Source: Spirochaetota bacterium (GTDB lineage: Bacteria; Spirochaetota; UBA6919; CBDBPB01). From it: a stretch of 64,000 bases of DNA. Position 1 is the first letter of the stretch. Every line of letters starts with the position of its first letter. Below, piece after piece: positions 48,526 to 58,066 of the stretch. The DNA lies in the NCBI GenBank assembly GCA_965208615.1, contig CBDBPB010000007.1:320001-384000 (forward strand). Reading direction: 5' to 3'. The notes below the pieces were generated by a model. That model worked only from the letters and a program-made list of their open reading frames with translations. It was not told the origin of the DNA and ran no database searches. The translations under genes were made by a program, and so were the position numbers.

Positions 48526-50430
48526 TTGTTTATGGGAGAGAGCTGTCATGGTACTTCATTCTTAAAGGCTGACTTAGCTGGAAAGCGAAAGATTGCCATT
48601 GTTGGTAATCCTAATGTAGGAAAGTCTATCTTTTTTGGTTATTTTAGCGGTCAATTTACTGTAGTATCAAACTACCCCGGTACTACTATTGATTTATCCA
48701 CTGCAAAGTGGAGGGATTATACTGTTATAGATACTCCGGGGATATATAGCGTATCATCTGCCAATGATGAAGAAAGGGTTGCAAGGGATATTATTTTAGA
48801 GGCGGATGTTATTATTAACATAGTGGATGCTGTTAGGCTAGAGAGAGATTTGTTTGTAACAAAGCAACTCATTGATATGGCTAAGCCTGTAATTGTTGCA
48901 TTAAACTTTATGGATGAGGTTAAGAGGTGTGGTTTAAGTGTTGATCATAAAAAGCTGTCTGATATTCTTGGGGTTACTGTTATACCTACTATTGCCAAGA
49001 CTGGTGTTGGCTTAAAGGAGTTAGAGGATAATATTGATAAGATAACGCCTTCTTGTGTACCTAGTGATATTTTGGAGCAGTTGCAGGAGTTTATGGTATA
49101 CACTAACTCTTACCAGGATGCTTTGTTGATATTGGAGGGTGATACTGAGATTCTTAATCGTTTTAAGGTTGAGGATCCTTTAAAGAAAGACTCAATTTAT
49201 AATAGCAGGCGTAAGTTTGTTAATTATGCAGTTAATGAGGTCGTAAAAGAGGAAGATAGTAAGATTTCTTTGGGACAGCGGATTGGTAGTTTATGTGTTA
49301 ATCCTTTAAGTGGTAGTTTTATTTTACTTGGTGTTTTGGCATTACTTTACTATTTTGTGGGAGTATTGATTGCTGGAGATCTTGTTGGTATTACTGAAGA
49401 GCAGATTATGGGGGGGTATTGGACGCCTTTTGTTCAGGAGCAGTTAGCAAGGTTAATTAATAAGGATAACTTTTTATATGTCATATTAGCTGGGGATACG
49501 GCTAATAACTTTGATGGTGGGGATTATGGTCTTTTAACCATGACTATTACCTACCTTATTGGACTTTTATTGCCTTTGGTTGTTGGATTTTATATAATGC
49601 TAAGTTTGTTAGAGGATTCTGGTTATTTACCTCGTTTAGCTACTCTGGTTGATAGATTCCTTAATAAGATTGGGCTTAATGGCAGGGCTGTTATACCTAT
49701 TATACTTGGTTTTGGTTGTGTACAGCTTGGTACTATTACGACTCGTCTTTTGGGCAGTGATAGAGAAAAGCGTATTGCTGCCAGTATACTTAATTTTACT
49801 ATACCCTGTTCTGCACAGCTTGGTGTAATTACTGTTATGCTTTCGGGTATTGGGTTATTCCCTGTTTTATTGTATATTGGGGTTATGTTTTTTATGTTTG
49901 CTTTTGTTGGCACTGTTTTGAATAGGATTCTACCCGGTCAGAGTTTACCCCTTATAATGGATTTACCTCCATTAAGACTACCTAGTGTTAAAAATGTATT
50001 AAAGAAAGTATTTTATAGGAGTTACTTTTTTTTAAAAGAGGCTAGCCCATGGTTCTTTTTGGGAGCGTTTATAGTATCCATTTTGCAGGTAACTGGCGGA
50101 CTTAATTTATGGCAGAGGTTATGGTCTCCTATTACTGAGTCTTGGCTTAACTTACCTGGAGAAGCTTCTAAGGCATTTATTATGGGTATGGTAAGGAGGG
50201 ATTTTGGTGCCGCTGGTTTACTTGATTTAGATTTATCCCCTTATCAGACTGTGGTATCCTTAGTTGTTATCACTCTTTTTGTACCGTGCATAGCATCCTT
50301 TATGATACTTATGAAAGAGAGGGGTTGGAAAGAGGGTATAGTTATTTGGCTTGGTTCATTAACTTTGGCATTTTTGGTTGGGGGTATATTAGCACAAGTT
50401 ATAACATACATAGCTCTTATTTTCTCTTAA
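48526..50430 (+). CDS. feoB: ferrous iron transport protein B
   Basis: GNPNVGKS, SNYPGTT, DTPG, NFMD, LEDSGYLPRLA, GFGC, IPCSAQ, LFVPCIA. Confidence 0.96.
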   Translation: MFMGESCHGTSFLKADLAGKRKIAIVGNPNVGKSIFFGYFSGQFTVVSNYPGTTIDLSTAKWRDYTVIDTPGIYSVSSANDEERVARDIILEADVIINIVDAVRLERDLFVTKQLIDMAKPVIVALNFMDEVKRCGLSVDHKKLSDILGVTVIPTIAKTGVGLKELEDNIDKITPSCVPSDILEQLQEFMVYTNSYQDALLILEGDTEILNRFKVEDPLKKDSIYNSRRKFVNYAVNEVVKEEDSKISLGQRIGSLCVNPLSGSFILLGVLALLYYFVGVLIAGDLVGITEEQIMGGYWTPFVQEQLARLINKDNFLYVILAGDTANNFDGGDYGLLTMTITYLIGLLLPLVVGFYIMLSLLEDSGYLPRLATLVDRFLNKIGLNGRAVIPIILGFGCVQLGTITTRLLGSDREKRIAASILNFTIPCSAQLGVITVMLSGIGLFPVLLYIGVMFFMFAFVGTVLNRILPGQSLPLIMDLPPLRLPSVKNVLKKVFYRSYFFLKEASPWFFLGAFIVSILQVTGGLNLWQRLWSPITESWLNLPGEASKAFIMGMVRRDFGAAGLLDLDLSPYQTVVSLVVITLFVPCIASFMILMKERGWKEGIVIWLGSLTLAFLVGGILAQVITYIALIFS

Positions 50431-50570
50431 TAAAATCTGATTGACTATTCTATGCTAGTTAATAAAGTCCTGCTTATATGTATTTAAACTTTCACTACTT
50501 TTTATTATTTCTTTAGTTAATTTTATAATTTATTATATTGGTCTTAAAATATATAGATAAGGAGAATTAA

Positions 50571-51059
50571 ATGTTTATTATTACGCTTATTATTCATATT
50601 ATTGGAGTTATTTTGTGGATAGGCGGATTAGCTTATGTGACTATGGTTATATTCCCGACTATGAACAAGATGGATAAGCCTATTGACAAGGTACTTTTTT
50701 TTAAGAGTGCAGAGCAGAGTTTTGCACCATTTGCGAGGATATACAGTATAGTGGTTGGACTTAGTGGTCTTTTCATGATACATTTGCTTTATAGAGGCGA
50801 TATGCTATCTGTTTTTCAAGGGAATGGTATTTTTATTATTATTATGTTTGGCATTTGGCTTTTATGGGTTATAATGTTATTTGGGTTGGAGAGTATTATT
50901 ATAAAGAAGTCTTTGAGGCAGTTAATTGAGTCGCCGGATAAACTAATTGTTGATTCTACTTTTAAGCGGATGCATATATTTCACTGGATTATGATGGTTT
51001 TAAGTTTTATTGCTATATTCTGCGGTATTTTATATCGTTTTCCGGTATTTAATAGTTAA
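50571..51059 (+). CDS. four-helix membrane protein (CopD/DUF2269-like)
   Basis: HIIGVILWIGG motif, four TM helices; AAGGAG RBS. Confidence 0.65.
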   Translation: MFIITLIIHIIGVILWIGGLAYVTMVIFPTMNKMDKPIDKVLFFKSAEQSFAPFARIYSIVVGLSGLFMIHLLYRGDMLSVFQGNGIFIIIMFGIWLLWVIMLFGLESIIIKKSLRQLIESPDKLIVDSTFKRMHIFHWIMMVLSFIAIFCGILYRFPVFNS

Positions 51060-51065
51060 AGGTTA

Positions 51066-51503
51066 TTATGATAAAGCCTTAGAGGCTGGCTTAAATAGGC
51101 TAAGGAACCAATTTGTTTTTTTGATTTTTGTTTTTTTGTTTGAGATATTTTTGAGTTCTTCTTTAGACATTGCTACATTTGTGAATACCCAATATGGATT
51201 AGCTGTACCTCTTGAACAGCTTGATCCTCCAGTTTTATAGATTTTTATAATTTTTGGTTCATCTTTTGTGTGGACGTATGTATAGGGTATTGGTTGGCTA
51301 TTTGATTGCATATTATTTTTTATAGAGAGCATAATATCAGTTATTTTTTCTGCTGAGGTAAAAGTTATATTAGCATTGGAGTTATCAAATTCTATGGATG
51401 TCCATTTACCGTTTAGTGAGTTTGCAAGGTTTTCGTAGTCTTTTTCTTTTATTATACCGTTAAAAGTGCCTTTATATAGGGAGCTAAAAGAGTTATTTTT
51501 CAT
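51066..51503 (-). CDS. hypothetical protein
   Basis: 145-aa ORF with PKIIKIY...GGSSCS...PYW motif. Confidence 0.6.
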   Translation of the reverse strand: MKNNSFSSLYKGTFNGIIKEKDYENLANSLNGKWTSIEFDNSNANITFTSAEKITDIMLSIKNNMQSNSQPIPYTYVHTKDEPKIIKIYKTGGSSCSRGTANPYWVFTNVAMSKEELKNISNKKTKIKKTNWFLSLFKPASKALS

Positions 51504-51835
51504 TTGACAACCTTATTAATAATCAATTTTTGATATTGGATTGAATATATTTTTTTTTACATTAAAGTGGAGTTTTTTTTAATATATTAGATCATAATAA
51601 CTAAATTAGTTAAAGACAAGTCTTAATTTTTATTTATTGTTTTATAATAAGGGTTAGTTTTATAGTAAGTTAGGTATTGTTACTAATATAACTTTTAGAT
51701 AAATAATTATTTTAGAATAATTAGGGAAGAAATATAAGCTTGGAATACTTTTGATCTACACTACTAGAGCAATTAATAACAAATAACTAAAGTAAAAAAG
51801 ATTAATTTTACTGTATAAATTATGAGAACTCATCT

Positions 51836-53905
51836 ATGACTCTGGCAAGCATAAAAGGTGTTGGTGTCAGAAAACTGGCATATCTTGCTAAACTTAATAT
51901 CATTAAAATTTCTGATTTGTTAACTCATTTTCCAAGAACCTATGAGGATAGACGAGAATGTCGTTTTTTAAAGGACTACTTAATTGATGATAATAAAAAG
52001 CATCCCGTAGAAGTTGAAGTTTTAGGGTATGACTATATATTTGCTCGAAATAAAAAAATACTTAAAATAATCATAAGCGATGGCTTTATGAGAGCAAGTC
52101 TTATATGTTTTAACAGGGACTTTTTAAAAGATATTCTTAAAGAAAATGATAAATATATTATTTTTGGTGACTTTCAATATAAGTATGGGGAGCTTCAAGC
52201 TAGTAGTTTTGAGTTTGTACCTAAGGGTTTAGCTAGTGATTCTCTTAACTTTTTAAGGATAGTGCCTATTTACTCATTGACTGATGGTATTACTCAGAAG
52301 TTTTTACGAGAGATTATACATGACACCCTAAACCTTACAAAGTTTGAGGAGTCCTTACCCCTGCCTATAATTAAGAAAAGAGGGTTAATATCTAAGGGGG
52401 AGGCATTTAAACAGATCCACTTTCCTGATGATTTTAATAGTTTAAAAAAAGCCGTAAATAGACTTAAGTATTTTGAATTATTTGAGTTGGAGGTAAATGT
52501 AGCACTTAAAAAGTATTTTTTTGCTAATCAAAAAAAGAAAAGATATCGCTATAGTTTATCAGAAGGTAGCTCTAAGATTATAGAGCCTTTTATAAGGAGC
52601 TTACCTTTTACTCTGACAGAAGGTCAGACCATGGCTTATAATGATATTGAGAAGGATTTGTTATCTGACTACCCTATGCACAGGCTAATCCAAGGTGATG
52701 TTGGTTCTGGTAAGACTTTAGTGGCAGAATTGTCTATTCTAATGGCAGTAGAAAATGGTTATCAAAGTGTTTTAATGGTACCAACAGAAATACTGGCCAG
52801 ACAGCATTGTCAAACGCTGACTAAACACTTTAGCAAGTATGATATAGAAGTTACTTTATTAATTGGAGGTCTTAGAGCTTCCGTTAGAAGGCATACTCTT
52901 AATTCTATATCCACTGGGCTATCTAAGGTTATTGTTGGAACTCATGCACTTTTTAGTGATGATGTTGAGTTTGCTAATTTGGGATTAGTTGTTATAGATG
53001 AACAGCATAAGTTTGGTGTATGGGAAAGGGCTAGGCTAATAGATAAAGGTCAGGGAGTTGATATATTGGTTATGACTGCTACTCCTATACCCAGAACTTT
53101 AGCCTTAACTGTTTATGGCGATATGGATCTATCTGTTATTAGGGATAAGCCTAAGCGTGGTTCTAATATTAAAAGCAAGTGTGTATTTAATACTGAACGA
53201 AGGGGGGATATATATGAATTTATTAATAAGGAGATTGACAAAGGTAGACAAGGGTTTGTAGTCTGTCCTATGATTGATGATTCTGATAAGCTAGATGTTA
53301 GTTCGGTTAGTTCTGTCTATGATGAGATTAGGCTGGAGTTATTACCTAATAGAAGGACTACATTTATTCATGGACGTCTTTCATCTTTTGAGAAAGAGGA
53401 GCTTATGAATCAGTTTGTTAATGGTTTTTTTGATATACTTATATCCACTAGTGTAATAGAGGTGGGAGTAGATATTTCTAATGCATCATTTATGGTGGTT
53501 GAGAATGCTGATTATTTTGGTTTATCTCAGTTACACCAGCTTAGGGGTAGGATTGGTCGTGGAGAATATGATTCTTTTTGTTTTTTTATTGTACCTAATA
53601 GTATAACTGAGGAGGCTAAAGAGCGTATTAAGGCTATTGTTAGTCATAATGATGGTTTTGCGTTGGCAGAGGAGGATTTAAAAATCAGGGGTCCCGGGGA
53701 GTTTTTAGGAATAAGACAATCTGGAGTTGATTCTTTAAAGATAGCTAATCTTATTACTGATGAGGATATACTTATTCAGGCAAAAAGGGATGCTTTTGAT
53801 TTAGTTTCTTCTGACCCTAGTTTTAAGGATAAAGCCAACAGTTTTTTAGAGAAAACTCTTTATAAAAAATTCATTGAAAAATATAGGTTATTGTTAACGG
53901 GTTAG
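51836..53905 (+). CDS. recG: ATP-dependent DNA helicase RecG
   Basis: FPRTYEDR, RLIQGDVGSGKT, PTEILARQH, DEQH, MTATPIPRTL, QLHQLRGRIGR, DLKIRGPGE. Confidence 0.97.
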   Translation: MTLASIKGVGVRKLAYLAKLNIIKISDLLTHFPRTYEDRRECRFLKDYLIDDNKKHPVEVEVLGYDYIFARNKKILKIIISDGFMRASLICFNRDFLKDILKENDKYIIFGDFQYKYGELQASSFEFVPKGLASDSLNFLRIVPIYSLTDGITQKFLREIIHDTLNLTKFEESLPLPIIKKRGLISKGEAFKQIHFPDDFNSLKKAVNRLKYFELFELEVNVALKKYFFANQKKKRYRYSLSEGSSKIIEPFIRSLPFTLTEGQTMAYNDIEKDLLSDYPMHRLIQGDVGSGKTLVAELSILMAVENGYQSVLMVPTEILARQHCQTLTKHFSKYDIEVTLLIGGLRASVRRHTLNSISTGLSKVIVGTHALFSDDVEFANLGLVVIDEQHKFGVWERARLIDKGQGVDILVMTATPIPRTLALTVYGDMDLSVIRDKPKRGSNIKSKCVFNTERRGDIYEFINKEIDKGRQGFVVCPMIDDSDKLDVSSVSSVYDEIRLELLPNRRTTFIHGRLSSFEKEELMNQFVNGFFDILISTSVIEVGVDISNASFMVVENADYFGLSQLHQLRGRIGRGEYDSFCFFIVPNSITEEAKERIKAIVSHNDGFALAEEDLKIRGPGEFLGIRQSGVDSLKIANLITDEDILIQAKRDAFDLVSSDPSFKDKANSFLEKTLYKKFIEKYRLLLTG

Positions 53906-53999
53906 TTCTATGAAATACCTTTGAATTAAATTATCTATAAAAAATGTGATGCAAAGGATTAATTTGTCAAAAGTTAATTTTATAGGCATTAGGGCTAAG

Positions 54000-54821
54000 C
54001 TATTTACTAGGATAACTAAATAAAAAGTTTTTTGTGTGACTTAGGCACGGCAGTTTATCCCTAACCTTGTCAAGGTAGTCAAGGTCTATGTTTGCTGTAA
54101 TAACGCATTCTTTATCTTGGGCAATTGCAAGTGTATGTCCCCATGGTCCAACTATCATACTATGACCATAACTATAACGTCCCTCACTATGTTTACCGTA
54201 TTGATTTGGTGCTACAACATAAATCTGATTTTCTATAGCTCTTGCCCTTATTAATACTTCCCAATGATCTTTACCAGTAGCAGTTGTAAAGGCTGAAGGA
54301 ATAAAAAGTATTTTTATGCCCTCTAATGCCAAGACCCTAAAAAGCTCAGAAAACCTAAGATCATAACAAATAGCTAATCCAGCCTTAATACCGTTAATAT
54401 TAAAGGTAACAACTTTATTACCCGGCTCAACAACCTTGCTTTCATTTAGTGCAGAAGAAGTATTTATAGAGTAGTCAAAGAGGTGTATTTTTCTATAGGT
54501 GCTAATAACCTTACCAGCAGGGTCTATCACAACGCAAGTATTATAAACTTTATTACTATTCTTTATTATTTCAGCAAAAGAACCACATATAATATAAATG
54601 CTATATTTCTTTGCTAATCTATAAAGATCAGTAACTAACTCACCGTCTATATGTTCAGGGAAAGGGCATGGTTTGCCCTCCAGCTTTAGGTATGAGAAGT
54701 TTTCAGGCAAAGCAACAATCTTAGCTCCCTCAGTGACCGCCTTTTTAATCAAAGAATAAGCTTTGGATATATTTTTTGCTCTATCCTCTGTAGAGGTCAT
54801 CTGTATAACAGAAACATTCAT
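54000..54821 (-). CDS. carbon-nitrogen hydrolase (Nit1/deaminated glutathione amidase-like)
   Basis: LPE, YRKIHLFD, ICYDLRF, SAFT..TG..HW, RARAIENQ, YGHSMIV.PWG. Confidence 0.92.
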   Translation of the reverse strand: MNVSVIQMTSTEDRAKNISKAYSLIKKAVTEGAKIVALPENFSYLKLEGKPCPFPEHIDGELVTDLYRLAKKYSIYIICGSFAEIIKNSNKVYNTCVVIDPAGKVISTYRKIHLFDYSINTSSALNESKVVEPGNKVVTFNINGIKAGLAICYDLRFSELFRVLALEGIKILFIPSAFTTATGKDHWEVLIRARAIENQIYVVAPNQYGKHSEGRYSYGHSMIVGPWGHTLAIAQDKECVITANIDLDYLDKVRDKLPCLSHTKNFLFSYPSK

Positions 54822-54842
54822 AAGCTTACTATCAGACCTTTT

Positions 54843-55340
54843 TTATATATCCCTAAACGCTTTTGGCCTACCATAAATCTCAGACCATATAATACCCTTT
54901 ACAAAAGAACTTGGGTAATTGTCTAACATTGCTATTGGACTCTTTTGAGCTAAAGTTCTTTTTTTAGTCAATAGAGGCTTTTTGAGAGTTTGACTGCTAA
55001 CTTGTAGTCTTTTTTTATGTTCACGTTTTTTAATATTTTTGTGACTAATAGTAATAGGCTTATTTTTTACAACTTCTTTAGGCCTTTCTTTTTTAGAGGT
55101 GGGAAATCCAAAAAGCTCCCTAACTTGTTTATCAAAGTCGTTTTCACCAAAAGAGCTTTCTGTAGTTTTTGGGCCTTTTTTTTCAAACTTTTTATTTAAA
55201 GTCTCTATATTAGCCTCATTGGGTTTACTATGGACATTAGCCTCTTTATTTTTAGCCCTCATTATAGCTGATGTAACATACCAAATAATTACAGCTAAAA
55301 ATATGATAATGCGTATTAAATCATCAAAATCCATGTCCAT
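54843..55340 (-). CDS. hypothetical membrane-anchored protein (YqfB-like FloA partner)
   Basis: N-terminal TM, basic linker, C-terminal KGIIWSEIYGRPKA; directly downstream of floA. Confidence 0.65.
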   Translation of the reverse strand: MDMDFDDLIRIIIFLAVIIWYVTSAIMRAKNKEANVHSKPNEANIETLNKKFEKKGPKTTESSFGENDFDKQVRELFGFPTSKKERPKEVVKNKPITISHKNIKKREHKKRLQVSSQTLKKPLLTKKRTLAQKSPIAMLDNYPSSFVKGIIWSEIYGRPKAFRDI

Positions 55341-55349
55341 AGTATAATC

Positions 55350-56354
55350 CTAATTATCAGTTTTTGGAGCTTTACTAGAGGCATTATCAGCAATAGAGTC
55401 TCTCATATCAGTATCAGCAGAGATATTCTTCATTTTATAGTAGTCCATAATACCTAAATTACCACTTCTAAAAGCCTCAGCCATAGCTAGGGGTACCTGA
55501 GCTTCGGATTCTACAACCTTAGCCCTCATAGCCTGGGTTCTGGCAATCATCTCTTGTTCTTCAGCTACTGCTTTAGCACGGCGTTCTTCAGCTTTAGCTT
55601 GGGCAATTTTTTTATCTGCCTCAGCTTGATCGGTTTGAAGTTGTGCTCCAATATTAATGCCAATATTAACATCAGCTATGTCAATGGATAGTATCTCAAA
55701 AGCAGTACCAGCGTCTAAGCCCTTATCCAATACTGTCTTAGATATAGAATCAGGATTTTCTAATACGTTTTTATGAGTAGTAGATGAGCCAATAGTAGTA
55801 ACAATACCTTCTCCAACTCGTGCAACTACGGTTTCTTCAACTGCTCCGCCAACTAGACGGTCTATATTAGCCCTAACAGTTATCCTTGCAATAGCCTTAA
55901 CCTCAATACCATCTTTTGAAACAGCTGAAACCTCTGGAGTAGTTATAACCTTAGGCAATACAGACATCTGTACAGCCTTTAAGACATCTCTACCAGCTAA
56001 ATCAATAGCAGCAGCACGTTCAAATAGTAAGTCTATATCAGCCTTAGCAGCCGCTATAAGAGCATTTATAACAGCATCAACGTGTCCTCCAGCAAGATAA
56101 TGAGCTTCTAATATATCCGTAGATACACTAAGACCAGCCTTAACAGCCTTAATCTTTGGCATAACTATTTGAGCCGGTGTTACCCTTCTAAGCCTCATAC
56201 CAATAAGATCTCTTAGTCTAATGGATACACCAGCGGCTAAAGCGGCAATCCACAGCCTAATTGGAATAAGATATCCGAACAATAGTAAAAAAAGTAATAT
56301 TAATACAGAAATAATTATCAATATTTCGTTACCAGCAAACATATAGTCCTCCAA
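55350..56354 (-). CDS. floA: flotillin-like protein FloA (YqfA)
   Basis: [58 protein letters not shown]; true start may be the ATG of MFAG. Confidence 0.95.
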   Translation of the reverse strand: MEDYMFAGNEILIIISVLILLFLLLFGYLIPIRLWIAALAAGVSIRLRDLIGMRLRRVTPAQIVMPKIKAVKAGLSVSTDILEAHYLAGGHVDAVINALIAAAKADIDLLFERAAAIDLAGRDVLKAVQMSVLPKVITTPEVSAVSKDGIEVKAIARITVRANIDRLVGGAVEETVVARVGEGIVTTIGSSTTHKNVLENPDSISKTVLDKGLDAGTAFEILSIDIADVNIGINIGAQLQTDQAEADKKIAQAKAEERRAKAVAEEQEMIARTQAMRAKVVESEAQVPLAMAEAFRSGNLGIMDYYKMKNISADTDMRDSIADNASSKAPKTDN

Positions 56355-56574
56355 AGTTTTATAGACAGCTTTATCTTATATATAAACACTAGTATATTTA
56401 AGGTAAAAGAACTTGCTAATAGTTTATACCCTAATATTTGTTATAGAGCTTATATGGCTTATAAGTAGTGAAAAGATAATATATAATAAAAATATGACAA
56501 GTTCAATTATTCTAATTATTTTATATTTTAATAAAATGTATATAATAGTAACAATTAGCAAATAAATAAAGCTA

Positions 56575-57810
56575 TTATATTTTGTATTTTAAATTATCAC
56601 TTTTTTCTACTTCTATTTGTTGATTTACATACTTTTCAATATGCTCTTGCTCTAGCCAGCGAATATCTGTAAACCGAACAGCTACAATAGCGGTTTCATC
56701 ATTTTGCTCATCGATTCTAGTAATATTGCCAATAATCCTAATTTCTTTTTCATTAACTTTTAAAGTAATCCTAAGCCTTGTATGAGTGCTAATATGTTTT
56801 AGTATAAATTGGTCGGAAAACTGCATTGATAAACCACCAGCACTAAGGTCTATAACCAATACACTAAAATCATCACCGGTATTTAATTTGTGTAGTCTAC
56901 TTTTAGCTAATGCCTCAGATATAATATTGCAACCAGTTTTAACAATATAGGCATCACTTTCACTAAATATAGTAATAGAGTTTTCTTTCAAGCCCAAAAA
57001 TATATGTCCAACAACCTTATCAAAAAGCATTATTGGTGAACAAATATAACTGGCTAAACAAAGGTTTTTATCTTCTTCCATGATGGAGTTAAGTTCAATT
57101 TTAATACTATCTTTATTTTTTCCTTTCTTATAGAGCTTTTTAATATACGGTAAATATGTCATAATATTGCTTATAGGCAAGCTTTTAATATATGACTTAC
57201 TATTATTAACACTAGAGATAAAAATAGTTTTTTTAGTTTCTTTTAGTACATAAATTCGCTTGGGATAAGTGTCTCCTTTTTTATACAGCTTGATCTCAAA
57301 AACGGAAGCACGACCTTTAATCTCTTTACTAATCAGCGTAATAATTTTTTTAATATCGGGTATTGGCTTTGATAGTTCTTTGTATGCTCCTGTAAACTTA
57401 TTAGATATGTTACTTTTAATGCCAACAAAGTCTAGTTTATCATTGATATTTGAGATGACATTAAATTTTAAATATATATTTTTGTTTGTTACTACTCTAC
57501 TATACTTACGCTTAACTCGTTTTTCTAAGTACTCTGGTAGTGAAAGAGTTATCTCTCCAGATGCTATCTTTATTACCCTGCAAACTGAAAAATAAATATT
57601 GCTATTAGAAGTCATATTCATTTCTATACTTTCAATATTTGGGTCTATATCTCCTTTATAGAATAGGGTTATAAAAACATTTGTTATACGATAGATTTTA
57701 GCAGTAACTTCTTTAAGATCATATCTTAATATTATTTCAACCTTTTTTTTTCTAAAGTTATAGTATAAATTTTCAATTTCTTTGGAATCACTAATTACAT
57801 ATTTATTCAT
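56575..57810 (-). CDS. PilZ-domain protein (spirochaete DUF1577-like)
   Basis: KRKYSRV motif, DLSAGGL motif, C-terminal beta barrel ending VRF; central GAF-like region. Confidence 0.7.
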   Translation of the reverse strand: MNKYVISDSKEIENLYYNFRKKKVEIILRYDLKEVTAKIYRITNVFITLFYKGDIDPNIESIEMNMTSNSNIYFSVCRVIKIASGEITLSLPEYLEKRVKRKYSRVVTNKNIYLKFNVISNINDKLDFVGIKSNISNKFTGAYKELSKPIPDIKKIITLISKEIKGRASVFEIKLYKKGDTYPKRIYVLKETKKTIFISSVNNSKSYIKSLPISNIMTYLPYIKKLYKKGKNKDSIKIELNSIMEEDKNLCLASYICSPIMLFDKVVGHIFLGLKENSITIFSESDAYIVKTGCNIISEALAKSRLHKLNTGDDFSVLVIDLSAGGLSMQFSDQFILKHISTHTRLRITLKVNEKEIRIIGNITRIDEQNDETAIVAVRFTDIRWLEQEHIEKYVNQQIEVEKSDNLKYKI

Positions 57811-58033
57811 ACGTTAACTCACTCTAATTTTTTTAATTAGTCTTATTTTAAGGTTGTTGATTTACTATCTAACAAGCTTTAAGAAGCTTATATTATAACA
57901 GCACAACTATATATAAACTATCTTTCTTAATAAAAAATTTAAGCCTATTTTTAGATATAGCTTATTTTATAAAATTATAGTAATAAGCCCTCTAACCATA
58001 GACTTTAATTAAAAGTACTTGTTAGACTAACCA

Positions 58034-58061
58034 AATATAATAGGGCTAGTTGCCCTATTAT
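58034..58061 (-). terminator. stem-loop downstream of aconitase
   Basis: TATAATAGGGC-TAGTT-GCCCTATTATA inverted repeat just after the stop. Confidence 0.6.
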
Positions 58062-58066
58062 ACTAT

